The position numbers and the translations under genes were made by a program. The notes under the pieces are model-generated. The model worked only from the letters and a program-made list of their open reading frames with translations, did not search any database and was not told the origin of the DNA. A DNA stretch of 63,906 bases, the filler included, from Aduncisulcus paluster (taxonomy: Eukaryota), in NCBI GenBank assembly GCA_024181965.1. It is 4 parts of 4 records of this genome, joined end to end, with 100 filler letters (N's around TTAATTAATTAA, not from the genome) between each part and the next. Parts side by side here need not be neighbours in the genome. Positions count along the whole stretch, not along the records: positions 1 to 21,412 come from BQXS01010794.1; positions 21,513 to 42,185 come from BQXS01010795.1; 2 more parts are not named here. One strand, written 5' to 3'. Shown piece by piece: positions 15,001 to 26,438 of this stretch (position 1 is the stretch's first letter; every line of letters starts with the position of its first letter).

Positions 15001-16687
15001 CATTCAATGATCTCCAACATTTTTTTTCTTCAGAACCAATGATTCGTTGAGATTTCCTTCTTTTCTTTAACTTTTGTTGCTTCTTGGAAAGTTTGGATTT
15101 CTTTTGTTTTTTGGTAGATTGCTTTTTCTCTTCCTGTTTTTCCATTTCCACGTCGCCATATCTCCTTTTTCCACCAAGTTGAGAAGCTTCTTGTTGGTCA
15201 GACTGATCACACAGCTTGACAAATGCCCCAACGACCCTTGAAATTCTTAACAAAACATCACAAATGTCAGGGGATGGTACAATAAGGTCTCTAATGTGTG
15301 AAATAAACACTCCATCTTCTGGACTCTTGTTATATTTGTCCAGAGCTTCAGATAACTTATCAATAAGACGACTTGAACGAGCGAGGAATACAGATTCCTC
15401 TGGAGATAGATCATTTAATTCATGGGATTCATCCATGACATCCATTTCACTGGCATCAGTAGATTGGTTATGCTCTTTTTCATTCAGGACAACAGGTTTA
15501 AACCCACCAAATAGATCACTAATGTCGCTCTGTTGGGATAAATTGATCACAGAGAGTGGGTGCTGTGTTGCTCGGGCAACATACTCCAAGGAAGTTGTCT
15601 TTCCAACACCTGTCTCACCGACAAGTAGGACGGGTTCATTGTGGACAATGCACCCAAGGAGACGGTCGATCAATTGATTTGTATGATCACAAAAGGCAAG
15701 CTTTGGAGGTTTCTGGATTGATGCCATCGTTTTTGACACCGATGATTCGCTACCATCGATATTACTAGTTTTTTCATGGAACATAGGAAGATGATAACGT
15801 TCACTAACAATACGAGCATCGGCAACATCAAAACGAACACGACGAGCAGAATACTTGTGCGTCACAGTGGAAATGGGAAAGAAAAAGGGGAAGATCTGTT
15901 TGCATACTACGTCTCTAAATAAATGCAAGGAACGTTCAATTTCTTGGTCCCGTGTGAGTTTGCGACGTGATTGTGATTCCAGGGAAGGATCCTCTTCGAG
16001 GAATAAACAAAAACAATCAATCGCAAAGAAATATAGATTTTTTCGAATTTCAGTCGAAATTTTTTCAATACCATCACAGAAAACTTTTACATCATCAGCA
16101 CGAACTGGAGAAAGTATTATGTCATGTTGGGATACATAAGTTGATATTCTGTGGCAGAATTTAAGTAGATCGTGAACTCCAATCATTCGAAATGATGGAG
16201 AACCAACTTTTTCATGAGATTGGAAGAATTTCCGAAGACTCAGAAAAAGTTGGGATATTAAAGAAGAAATGGGTGAGATAATGGGGAAAAGATTGGTTAT
16301 TTTTGAAATTATGGTTTCTTGGGTGATATTTCCAAATTGGATAAGATCATAGTTAAAGAAATTTGAACTAAAGGTGTTATACGAAAAGTATGAAATAAAT
16401 ATCTTAGATTTCAAGCGTTTTCCCTCAAAATAACCCTTTTCTTCCATGTTTTTTAACAAACCCATTTGCGTATGGGAGGCATTGGAGGCGTCTCTGATCC
16501 AAATCGGCTTGCCTTCAATAAGAGCCTCAGCCAATGGACCATATTTTTTAACGATCCTTCCAGATTCATCGGGAAGTACAGAAACAAGTAATGAAGAGAA
16601 GGGAACCGATGAATGGATCGAGAAGCAATCACTATCAAAATAATCATAAAACAATATATTTTCTTCGCCTTCAATAATTGTTATCAT
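1..16687 (-). CDS. MDN1: Midasin/Rea1 AAA-ATPase (3'-partial; MIDAS domain lies beyond the window)
   Basis: ORF 11993..16687 has Walker A motifs GETGVGKT, GPTSAGKT and GPTGGGKT, plus Walker B/sensor motifs LLDEINLA, VLDELNLA and FATQNP. After removing the 182-nt duplication plus gap, the frame continues (GSPGVGKS ~10600, GRSNSGKS ~9430) and is still in frame in the D/E-rich tail at position 1. The ORF track reports no stop-bounded ORF in this frame, consistent with it being open to the edge. Confidence 0.96.
11837..12180. repeat. Assembly artefact: 162-bp exact duplication (11837-11998 = 12019-12180) around a 20-N gap
   Basis: The same sequence flanks both sides of the N run; collapsing it restores the midasin frame. 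Confidence 0.93.
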
Positions 16688-17045
16688 GCTAGAAAATGAC
16701 TTTTTTTATGTTCTTTCTTTGGATAAATAATAAGGGCCTGGCCAAAAAGACCCGTTTATGTTTTCTCGAGATATAAGCATATTAACAATTAGTAAAGAAT
16801 TTGAAATTATATAAAGATATGATTTGTAACGATTAAAATATTTTTTATGATATTTTCTTAAGGATATCAAGCTTGAGACGTTTTCAGCCTTCACTCATTC
16901 TATGAGCTAATTTTGACCGATTTGATTTATATTTTATTAATAAAATTGTATATTCCATGTATTTTATTCATCGAATAAGAGTAATTATTCTGTTTGAACA
17001 GTTTGGAGCACAAAAATCCAGTTTTGTATAAAATAAGGGTAATTC

Positions 17046-20000
17046 ATGACTAAAATATACTCAGTCATCAGATTAAAGCCCTTGAAACCTGATGAAGAAT
17101 CATGTCTTTCTTATGTAGATTCACATACCGCATTATTCCAGCCTTCTAAAGAAGAAGAAACTAATTTTACATTTGATAGGGTATTTGGAGAGGAAGCTTC
17201 TCAAGAAGATGTTTTTAGTTCACTAGAGCATTTGATTCAAGGTGTTTTAAAAGGTAGAGATTGCTGTATTCTTGCTTATGGACTTACTGGAAGTGGGAAA
17301 ACCCGTATGTTCTATTTTCACATGTATTTTAAAAATTTCGATTATTTTATGCATTAATTTTATTTTTTATATTTATTGCACATATTTTTTATGCTCTTTT
17401 AAAAAAAATATGCCAGATACAATTTCGGGAAGTTACCTAAAAGAAAAAGAAGGGTTACTTCCTCGTTCTATTAGATATTTATTGAAAAGATCTCATCAAG
17501 ATGGAGAAAAATCGCACTCAAGCGACGATAGTGAGTCAGACTCGGATGATACAATCGATAGTCCAACTAGCCACTTTGTTGACCTTGATAGCGCAGATAA
17601 GGAATTTTCTACGCCCACTGTTTTCCCTTCTTCTCCCAAAACTCCTCTTACACGTAATCCTGGTGTCTTGCTGTCCCCTTGTCCGGCATTCCCCATGGAT
17701 TCGTTATCTCTGACTATCAGTGTTGTTGAGCTATATAATAAGCAAGTATACGATCTTTTAGACCCAAAACTATCGACAGTGAAGCTACATTACGCTTGGC
17801 AAGATGATGATAAGGTTACCAAAGAAACAGTCTCAAGAATTTCAGAAGCTCTTAGATGCATCGCAAAAGCTAATAGAAATCGTCGAACAGCCCATACGAA
17901 TGCAAATATTACCTCTTCACGGTCTCATTGCATTTATAAATTGGTTCTTAAGTCACATGATAATGAAGTTGGATGCCTGACATTTGTAGACCTTGCAGGT
18001 TCCGAAAATGCTGATGCAGCCATAACTCCGAAGCAACAAAGTGAAGGGAATAATATTAGATTTGATTTGCTCTTTCTGCAAAAGGTGCTTCGTAATTTGA
18101 GAAACAAAAAGCTTATTGGTCTTCGGGATTCAATCCTTACAAAAACTCTGGCAGCATATTTTGATCCTAGGGCCAAGCCTGGGAGCCAATCTTATATTTA
18201 TGGAAAGCCAAAAGGAGGAAGTGACCATGCTCATAAGAAAAAACACTCTTGCAAGGTCTGCATCTGTGTAACTATTCATCCTGAGCTTAAGAGCCACAAA
18301 CAAATCCTTAACACACTCAAATTTGCCAAAAGCAATAATCAAATTGACTTGGATCGTATTGCAAAAGCGACTCCAAGGTATCTGGCGTGTGCTCCGTCCG
18401 AGTTGAGTGTGCGTTCTGATATGATTCCTGGGACTCCCACAATGATGCATGATTCAAGAGCTCCTCCAAGAACCCCCACATCAAATGGGCTTATTCAAAG
18501 CACATTGACTCCCTTTTCTCACCTTAAACACACGCAGGCTCTTCTCTCATCGCCTTCTGTCTCACTGTCCCATTTCAAGAACCTTCTACTGGAGTGCGGT
18601 GTAGAGATTGTACACCCGTTCACTTCAAACAATCCAACCAAAGCTATCTCTGACGGAACAACGAGTAGCAGTAGCAGCGGTCTACGCTCACACTTTGATT
18701 CAGGGCTCAGAAGCTTTGATTCGAAGAAAGAGGAGGAGTGCACCACTACTAAGCAAACCGATTCCCTTAAGGACACTGAAGATGGCTCTGTTCTATTGTT
18801 GGTTAAAAGGGCAGACATTGATGGGATGGATCGTGAATTAAATCGATTGAAGGCTGAAGTAGAGGAAAAAGAGCTAGAAGTTGCTCTTGAGAGGGATAGA
18901 GTGTCTCGACTCGGTGAAAAATGGCTAGCTCAAGTGAGAGAAGAGAGAGAGAAAGGTGTTGAACTATTCCGTTTGTCCGAAGAACATGACACCTTGGAGC
19001 GGACGATGCTTGAGGAATGGCACGAAGGTGAGAAACAAAGAATCGAAAGGAGATATACAACATATTGTAAGATTGTTGAAAGCAGAGAGAAACGTGCAAT
19101 TAAGGAAAAAGAGGAATGGATGAAAAATGCTCATGATTTAAACTTAATTGTAAAGAAAAAAGAGGAAGAACTTTCTCATATCAAAGCTCATTTTGAGAAA
19201 CTTCTTGATTCTAAAATAGAACAGCTCGGAACTTGTCAAGAGAGAGAGAGAAAATTACTTGTAACAGTTGATGAAACCAAAGAGGCACTTGTGCACTCCA
19301 AGTTGGAAAATAATCGTTTGAAAAACGATGTTTCTCAACTAAAAACATTAATAGATATTGAGAAAGAAGAGAAAGAACAAGTTAAATATGAAAATAGTGG
19401 TTTATTGGATTCTTTAAGCATGATCAAAAAAGAACATGATCAATTTAGTGTTGAAATTCAGGAGCTTCGGCGTGCTCTGGAAATAGCCAAGAAAGATAAC
19501 GAAATATTAGATTCTGATCTTGGGAAGGTGAAACAATCTTTAGAAATTACTATAAAAGAAAAAGATGCTCTAAAATTAGATCTTGAGAAGAAAGAGAATA
19601 ATCTTGAGCAAACAAGAAGTGCCCTTGAAAAAATTCAAGAAATCCAAGTTTTTCAAGGATCTGTAGATAGTTACGAAAAATTTCACGCGGAAGAAGAGGG
19701 AGAAGAAGAGGAAGAAGAAGAGGAGGAAGAGGGAAGAAGAAGAAGAGGAAGAGGAAGAGGTGATTGAAATATTTTCGACTCCTAAACTTGGCAAGAGAGC
19801 TCAATTACCCCCGACTCCTTCTACAACGGCCAGGGATGACATGGAAAGAAATATCCGGTCAAAACGAACAAGTATCTTGAAGAAAAAACAAGAAGAAGAG
19901 GAGAAGAGGAAAAAGAAAGAAGAGGAAAAGAAAGAAAAGGAAAAGAAAGAAAAGGAAAAGAAGAAACAAGAAGAAGAAAGAAAAAGAAAGAAGAAAGAAA

Positions 20001-20389
20001 AGGAAGAGGAGGAAGAGCGGAAGAGAAAAGAAGAGGAAGAAGAACGGAAGAGAAAAGAAGAGGCGGAAAAGAAGAAGAAAGAAGAAGAAAAGAAAAAGAA
20101 GAAAAAGAAAGAAGAAGAGGCAAAGAAGAAGAAATCTGTGGCAAAGAAACCTCCAAGGGGGAAAGGAAGGAGACGTAAACACGATGAAGAAGAATATGTA
20201 CCTGATAAAGAAGAAGATGAAGAGGAGGAGGAAGAAGAAAAAGAAGAGAAACAATCGAGAATCGGCCGAGGAAGGCGCGGAAGGCGATCTAGTGTGGATT
20301 CAAGCGAAGATGAGAGAGTGAGTGGGCCAAGCACATATAGAAGGTCTGCAAGATTACGAAAAATGGCCGATTTTAATTATTTTACATAA
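17046..20389 (+). CDS. Kinesin with N-terminal motor, coiled-coil stalk and K/E-rich tail; one intron and one apparent frameshift
   Basis: Exon 1 is 17046-17304; intron 17305-17416 (GTATGT...CAG) restores P-loop GSGKT|HTISG. SSRSH and DLAGSE motifs are present. One extra base at GGG 19731-19733 in a GAA/GAG tract separates ORF 17272..19767 from ORF 19760..20389. Confidence 0.9.
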
Positions 20390-21060
20390 TTTTATTTCTA
20401 ATCGTCAAACTCTGACAAATCAAATATATTTTAAATCAGTTAATGGGAATAATTGCGAATTCGATTATGAGTCAATGACACATGGAACTTTCAAGGTTGC
20501 TTCATGCATTTATGATAAGTTGCGCAAATAAAAACAGCTCGTATCTACTACCGAGTAAATGCAAGGTAATGGATATTTGTCAATGGATTTGTGAATGAGT
20601 GGATGATATTCACGGATTATAACATCATGAATGGGGAACCATATAAATCAATCGGGCAGAGAGAAGATAAAATAGACCAAATCTGAAAAATTGACCTTTG
20701 GGAACTCAACGAGTCCCGCCATTCAATCGCATTTCAAGTTGAAACATTGGAAAATAATAAAATTAACTCTTTTTGTTGTTGTCACTATTTAAGAATTTCT
20801 CAATTCGAATATTCAAAGTGTTCGAAAACCAAACTGGCACAAATAAGTTGGAATACTCGGGACTTATGAAACAACTCGTTTCAAAATCTGATTTTGTAGC
20901 AAAAGAAAACAAACAAACTGAATTAGATTTTATCAATCAAGCAGAGAAGAAAATTAGAAGTATAGCTTCTCTGTTAATAAGTAGATGGTATATTTACAAG
21001 ATTCATAGATTTCAACTGCAACTTATCATAATATCTCGTCACTGTATAATCCACTATGTA

Positions 21061-21293
21061 AACAAAACTCAGAGTTAGAAAACGATTTTGTGAAAAGTTT
21101 TGTCAGGAGTGAATTCACAAGGATGGCATGCAATGTAAAATTCAAAGAAGATGTTTGTAAAATTATTTATATATTTTATGCAATGATAACTTCTAATTCT
21201 TATTAGACAAGTTTGGAAATATTCTTTTTGATTTTTGTGGGCCTAACATAAATAGTTGAAATTATTGTACACATCATCATCTATTTATTGAAT
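21061..21293 (+). promoter_or_regulatory. Conserved non-coding upstream element, copy 1 (similar to 44879-45103)
   Basis: Collinear blocks AACAAAACTC.GAGTTAG.AAACGATTTTG, GTCAGGAGTG, TGCAATG and TTGAA..TATTGTA...TTTATTGAAT occur in both copies. An ATG at 21408 follows, cut off by the scaffold end. Confidence 0.6.
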
Positions 21294-21412
21294 TATTCTT
21301 AATATATTTTGTCTCTATTTATGATAACCCTTTCTTTTGACTATATCTGATTATTCCATCATAACTTGCAGTTCTTCACTATTTTTTTCACTAATTAACA
21401 GAATATAATGCC

Positions 21413-21512
21413 NNNNNNNNNNNNNNNNNNNNNNNNNNNNNNNNNNNNNNNNNNNNTTAATTAATTAANNNNNNNNNNNNNNNNNNNNNNNNNNNNNNNN
21501 NNNNNNNNNNNN
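21413..21512. other. Artificial scaffold linker (N44-TTAATTAATTAA-N44)
   Basis: All-frame stop 12-mer embedded in N runs; the same linker appears three times. Confidence 0.98.
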
Positions 21513-22108
21513 TTCGCAAGCCTCCCATTCCTCTTGTATGTGTTGTTGGAGGTATTTCGGATCCATCAGAGAAGTATCTTGAACGGTTTTGCTCAGATTT
21601 CAGTGTCGACATGGTTGGAGTCGCAAGATCTTTTTTAATAACATCTTTAGTTTCCAATCATAAAGATATCGAAAGTACTTCTCAAAGTTGTGCTCAGTCT
21701 CCTTGCGAAGATCATAGAAGATATTCCACGATTCGAATGCGAGCAACATTTCATTTTATTGTTGTATTTCTTCTCTGGATTGTTGGTTTGATATTTCCAA
21801 TGATAAAGGCTGGAGTGGAGAGTGTGTACTGGCAGGAATTTATGAAAGAATTGCCTTGTTCGATTGACAACTCGAAATCAAAAAAAGGTTGGACAATCAT
21901 CAGAAAAAAAAGGAAGGAAATGACAAAGAAACAGTCTAAAAGCAGTGAAACATATTTGAGTGGACAAGTAGTATTAAAAACCAAGTCAATGGGCTTCTTA
22001 AAAAGCTGTATCTTTGTGATCTGGGCTGGAATGAAGCAAATTCTTCCAAAAAAGAGAGGTTGGGCTTCAGGAGTTCAATCATCTGATCCCAGAGAAACCA
22101 AGAAATAA
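21513..22108 (+). CDS. 5'-truncated FMN-dependent oxidoreductase C-terminus (Old Yellow Enzyme/NADH:flavin oxidoreductase-like)
   Basis: The frame is open from the scaffold edge. RKPPIPLVCVVGGISD...VDMVGVARSFL resembles the FMN phosphate-binding end of a TIM barrel (IPVIxVGGI...DxVxxGR). IKAGVESVYWQEFMK follows. Confidence 0.55.
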
Positions 22109-22234
22109 AGGGGACAAAATATTCAATCGATGAGATCTTTGACATCTCAATTAACCCTACAAAAAATGTCATGATACGATCAAGAATATAAGTTATAAGT
22201 TATAGCAATAGATATCTATATTTATATTTTACGA

Positions 22235-24448
22235 TTAAAAAGAGAATCCATAATCATCCACAATGTCACCATCCAATGCAGACACATCTTTCACAGACTT
22301 GAAAGTATCTGACAGACTCTTGGCTTCAACTTCTCCTGGTTGGTGGAAATGCTTTGAAAACAAATCCTTATATTCCTCAAATATTTTTGTAAGAATTTCA
22401 GTATCTCTCGGAGTTGGGCCAGATCTTCGACCCTTATCAATTTTAGAAAAGAATGCACATTCTCCACACACGACATACACATAAAACCGTGAAGAAACAT
22501 ACTCTAGAACCTGAGATGTTGCTATTTGAGTGAACTCAAGGACACCTTTATACATTTCTTCAACCCTCTTACAAGCATCTCCAAGGATAGTAGAAAGCTC
22601 TTCCTCAACCATTATTGGAACTAATACTGAATGGCTATTATCAGCATCGGTATGAGTATCTTTGGTTCCATCATCATCATGCTGTCCATGTTCGAGATCT
22701 TGTGATTCTGGGATGTTAACATTAACAACAGAGGGGGACTCATCTCCAAAAGATTCCCATTGCATTCCTTCTTCCTCCATTTCACTTTCTTCTTCTGATT
22801 CCTCTTTTGCTTCCTCTATCTCTTGTGATTTTCTTTCTCCCTGAACTTCTGAAGGAACATCACATACTTCATCACCATAAGGCACGCGAATAGACATGCA
22901 TTGAAGATAACAGTGGTAATTCCTTCGTAACATACAAAATCTTTCTCCATATAACATGACCAAGGAAGAACTGTCAAATAGTCTCGGTGAATCAGTGAAA
23001 CCTTGGGGATCTAGATCAGATTCTTTTCCTTCTTCTTCCTTATTAAGATCTTTCTCAATCTGAATCATCTCCTCATTGACAACAATCTTTTGCTTTCCTG
23101 TTCTCCAAAGATGTCTTTCATACTCTCTCACCTGTTGAAATACACTCAGAGCCATGTGTGGTGTTTTTGAATATTGATTTAAGTGAAACATTGAAGGGAA
23201 GTGTTCATTGGGAACGATATTATAAGACGTTGAAAGAGAGGGAGAGAGTGAAAGATAACACAGAGGATGCCTGGAAACGAGTAAATTAGGCTTTTCCAAC
23301 TCACTGCAGAACCAGCATTCATGAGCTGAGACACGACCCTTAACATCTCCATCACGATCATCAGTCACATCAGAGGATGATCTTCTCTTTCCGGGACCAT
23401 CAATATCTTCACCTTTTTCCTCAGATCTATCAGAACTACAACTGGCCGTTGATGTGCTTGATGCTTGGCTTGGGGTAGATAAGACAAATTCATGAGAGAA
23501 TGGATATTCATTGTATTGGCGAATCAAGGAAGAATTCAACCCACTTCCTTTCTTCTGCTTCACAATCTCATCTAATCGTTGCTTTATCCTCTTCTTCCTC
23601 TCCTCCTCTCCCTCGGATATACTGATACAGACTGAACTCTTCCCTCCAACCCAAGGCATAATACCAGCACACTGGCCACAAATAGAGGAGCTCCAAGGAT
23701 ATCTATAGGGTCTCGACTGAGTCTGGTTGAAAGAAGGGAATATTGTCACATAGGGTGTATGTGAGAGAAGAAATGAAGAGATGAGTGGAAAGCCAATTTT
23801 AGTATGAACAACTTCATCCAACACATCACAAGAACTGGAATCAGCAGGCGATGGATCAGAATCTTTTCCTTCTGGGGATGATTTTGAAGATATTGGAGAA
23901 TCATCGTCTTTTGCCGAATCCATTTTTGTTGAAGCATCATGTTGCGGGAGAGATTGTTTACACAATTCATATGACCACGATTCATCTGAAAATGCATGAC
24001 AAGCAGCACATGTACAATTTTTCACGTGAGTTGAAAAATGAGGAGGGGATGAGCAAATGAGAAATTGGGGAGAGGGGGGAATATGTTGAAATAACGATTT
24101 TAATGATTGTCTATGATCTAAAATATGTGCTATAATAAGATTAGGATGGGATTTAGGTGGTGGGACAATCCCATTGCCAGTAATAAGATACAAATTATCA
24201 GCAAGAACAGTTGTCGATTCTACAATAGAACGATCAATATACGCCATAGATCCTTGAACAAACACATAAACAGGAATGATTAGTCCGGAATTTTTTGCAT
24301 ATCTTCTTATAACAACACTAGGATATGAATAACAAACAACTCCCACAATATCTGGATGTTTCTCTTTGGCGAAGTTCACAAATGAAAAAAACGAAGTCCA
24401 GTCAGAATCTTTAACCTTTCCAACGACTAAGAGTGTAGTTTTTTCCAT
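22235..24448 (-). CDS. CWF19L1: CWF19-like protein 1 (Drn1/CwfJ family; lariat debranching cofactor)
   Basis: CwfJ motifs CWFC...CYLSL...IVPNEHFPS and ER...HCYLQC. The N-terminus LLVVGKV resembles the pseudo-metallophosphoesterase start. First ATG is at 24448. Confidence 0.75.
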   Translation of the reverse strand: MEKTTLLVVGKVKDSDWTSFFSFVNFAKEKHPDIVGVVCYSYPSVVIRRYAKNSGLIIPVYVFVQGSMAYIDRSIVESTTVLADNLYLITGNGIVPPPKSHPNLIIAHILDHRQSLKSLFQHIPPSPQFLICSSPPHFSTHVKNCTCAACHAFSDESWSYELCKQSLPQHDASTKMDSAKDDDSPISSKSSPEGKDSDPSPADSSSCDVLDEVVHTKIGFPLISSFLLSHTPYVTIFPSFNQTQSRPYRYPWSSSICGQCAGIMPWVGGKSSVCISISEGEEERKKRIKQRLDEIVKQKKGSGLNSSLIRQYNEYPFSHEFVLSTPSQASSTSTASCSSDRSEEKGEDIDGPGKRRSSSDVTDDRDGDVKGRVSAHECWFCSELEKPNLLVSRHPLCYLSLSPSLSTSYNIVPNEHFPSMFHLNQYSKTPHMALSVFQQVREYERHLWRTGKQKIVVNEEMIQIEKDLNKEEEGKESDLDPQGFTDSPRLFDSSSLVMLYGERFCMLRRNYHCYLQCMSIRVPYGDEVCDVPSEVQGERKSQEIEEAKEESEEESEMEEEGMQWESFGDESPSVVNVNIPESQDLEHGQHDDDGTKDTHTDADNSHSVLVPIMVEEELSTILGDACKRVEEMYKGVLEFTQIATSQVLEYVSSRFYVYVVCGECAFFSKIDKGRRSGPTPRDTEILTKIFEEYKDLFSKHFHQPGEVEAKSLSDTFKSVKDVSALDGDIVDDYGFSF

Positions 24449-25048
24449 AGAACCCTCGCAAAATAGAAAAAAAAAATTACGGATCAATCAGAAAATAATA
24501 TTAACTTTTATTCACAAATTTTGATTTATATTGGTTCAAAACCAATAAATTGATAATATATTCGACACAATATGTAATATATTGGCGTAGGGAGAAAATT
24601 ATAAAATCAAATGTAATCAAGAGCCACGTGAATGGAATAAGATTTAAAAATCCACTATATCGCTGATTTTACACAAAAAATACTTCTCGGTTGTTCTTTT
24701 CACAAAGTTTTTAAACGAGAAACACAGTACTCGAGTTCAACTCAAAAGTTTTGATTGAATCAAATCCCCTTACAAAACACAATAAGGGTTGTATGCTATC
24801 AGGTAAATTGAATTGCTTGATTGAAAATTAGCATTTACATTCGGAATCCAGATTTAAAAATACGTGTAATTCGCAATATAAAATCATCCGATCTCTGACC
24901 AACTGGATCATGCAATGAATATTCCTCCTTTTCTCTACAGATCATGAATGATTGAATATGTGTTATATGCCTCTATAATTCCAATACAATATTAACGCAA
25001 CCATTCGAAGATCATCTTGTTAATAAATTATTATTGTCATAAATATCA

Positions 25049-26116
25049 TTACTCGACTTTCTCACCCCACTCCATTCCTCTTCTTTCCTCTCTTTCAAGC
25101 ATTTCAGAGACCATATCAACAACATTGAGTTCCTTTATGCGTTCTTTTGTCCAAATGGCTGAGAAAGTAGTGGATTCAGTCGAATAAACTAATTCATCAG
25201 GTTTCTCATCCTTATTCATAGTAATAATATGTGGAAACTCGAGGATTGGAACACCATCAAGAATAGATATAAGCGTATCGGACAAAGCAAGGGGCACAAA
25301 TACTCCTGATTGCCCATATATACCCTTTTTAATGCACCTACGTTCATCGCGGGAGAACTCAGGAAGGGGGAGAGAAGATATTGGTGAGAAAAAGATAGGA
25401 TTCACAAGTAAATATGCAACGGTATTGGCGGAACCAGGAACGATTTCCTCTTCTTCCTTCCTTTTCAAAGCTTTGGAAGGTTGCACAGTGACATCTTCTT
25501 CCTCCTCTTCTTTATAAGTTGGAAAATCCTCTGAATCCAATTCACATATTAATCTACGTTTTTCTTTTTCTTTTTGAGCTAATGAAATGCAATCACGAAT
25601 AGTCGTTTGTTCGGAAATGGATATTAAAGTTCCGTCGATAGAAACTGTCCAATTAATTATACTCGATCCACAGTCATATTTTGACATATTTCTCTGATGT
25701 TCTTCCATTCCAGTTGGCAAAAACTCCACATAGGTGCCTCTTTTGGCCGCAGCTTCGTATAAAAGATCGAATCGACGGCCTACACCGGTGAACAGCAATG
25801 ATTTCGTTATGTGTCTTTTATACGCTTCCTTTTGACGTGAAGACATTCCAAGTTTTTTCAAGGACTCCTTTTTCTGAGAGCTTGCTTCCACAGATTCTGC
25901 TGCCATTAGAACAGACTTATCACGATTAAAATCATCCTCTTCATAATGCTTTCTATCAATTGACTCTGTTTTTAAGATTCCCATTTTACATTTGAACTGT
26001 TTTTGATGAGTTTTATAACAATCTAGAGAGCAGGTTATATTATGACATTGAGGACATCTATATTGGGCAGGTTTTAACTTACATATCGAACATACACCAA
26101 GAACATGTCCTGTCAT
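25049..26116 (-). CDS. ZNHIT6: Box C/D snoRNP assembly factor BCD1 (zf-HIT)
   Basis: zf-HIT motif CSIC...YRCPQC...CSLDCYKTH...C, plus LPTGM..H..N, I.WTV and C-terminal ILEFPHI motifs. Confidence 0.88.
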   Translation of the reverse strand: MTGHVLGVCSICKLKPAQYRCPQCHNITCSLDCYKTHQKQFKCKMGILKTESIDRKHYEEDDFNRDKSVLMAAESVEASSQKKESLKKLGMSSRQKEAYKRHITKSLLFTGVGRRFDLLYEAAAKRGTYVEFLPTGMEEHQRNMSKYDCGSSIINWTVSIDGTLISISEQTTIRDCISLAQKEKEKRRLICELDSEDFPTYKEEEEEDVTVQPSKALKRKEEEEIVPGSANTVAYLLVNPIFFSPISSLPLPEFSRDERRCIKKGIYGQSGVFVPLALSDTLISILDGVPILEFPHIITMNKDEKPDELVYSTESTTFSAIWTKERIKELNVVDMVSEMLEREERRGMEWGEKVE

Positions 26117-26438
26117 CTTTGATTTCCGCTGCAAAGAGTGATTATTTCATTCTTCTTGATAATAAGTGTTTTTTATCATCTCTACCAATAAATCTGGATT
26201 ATTCCAATCTTATAACTCCCAATATATTTCTAAAATGATGAATTAGTCGCAAACATAGCCAATAGCAAAAATCCAAACTATCTTGCAATTCATTCATATA
26301 ATGAATAAAAAAAAATGTTATTTATTTTAAAATTTTATATACTAGTGCATTGACCCTCCTTTTTGACTATTTTATTTCTATTGGTAGAAATGGAAAAGAC
26401 AAAAGCTCTCTTCCTTTTGCTACACTTTTCTTCATAAA

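Noticed and set aside
16706-16708. In-frame TAA upstream of midasin as evidence for TAR=Gln recoding
   Set aside because: Conserved genes here end at TAA, TAG and TGA at the expected positions and have no internal stops, so the code is standard.
19801-20334. F/S/L-rich minus-strand ORFs
   Set aside because: Reverse complement of the purine-rich K/E tract, which lacks stops by composition.
20560-20700. Possible C/D snoRNAs in intergenic DNA (also 35410-35530 and 44550-44600)
   Set aside because: No well-formed box C, box D and terminal stem combination could be identified by eye.
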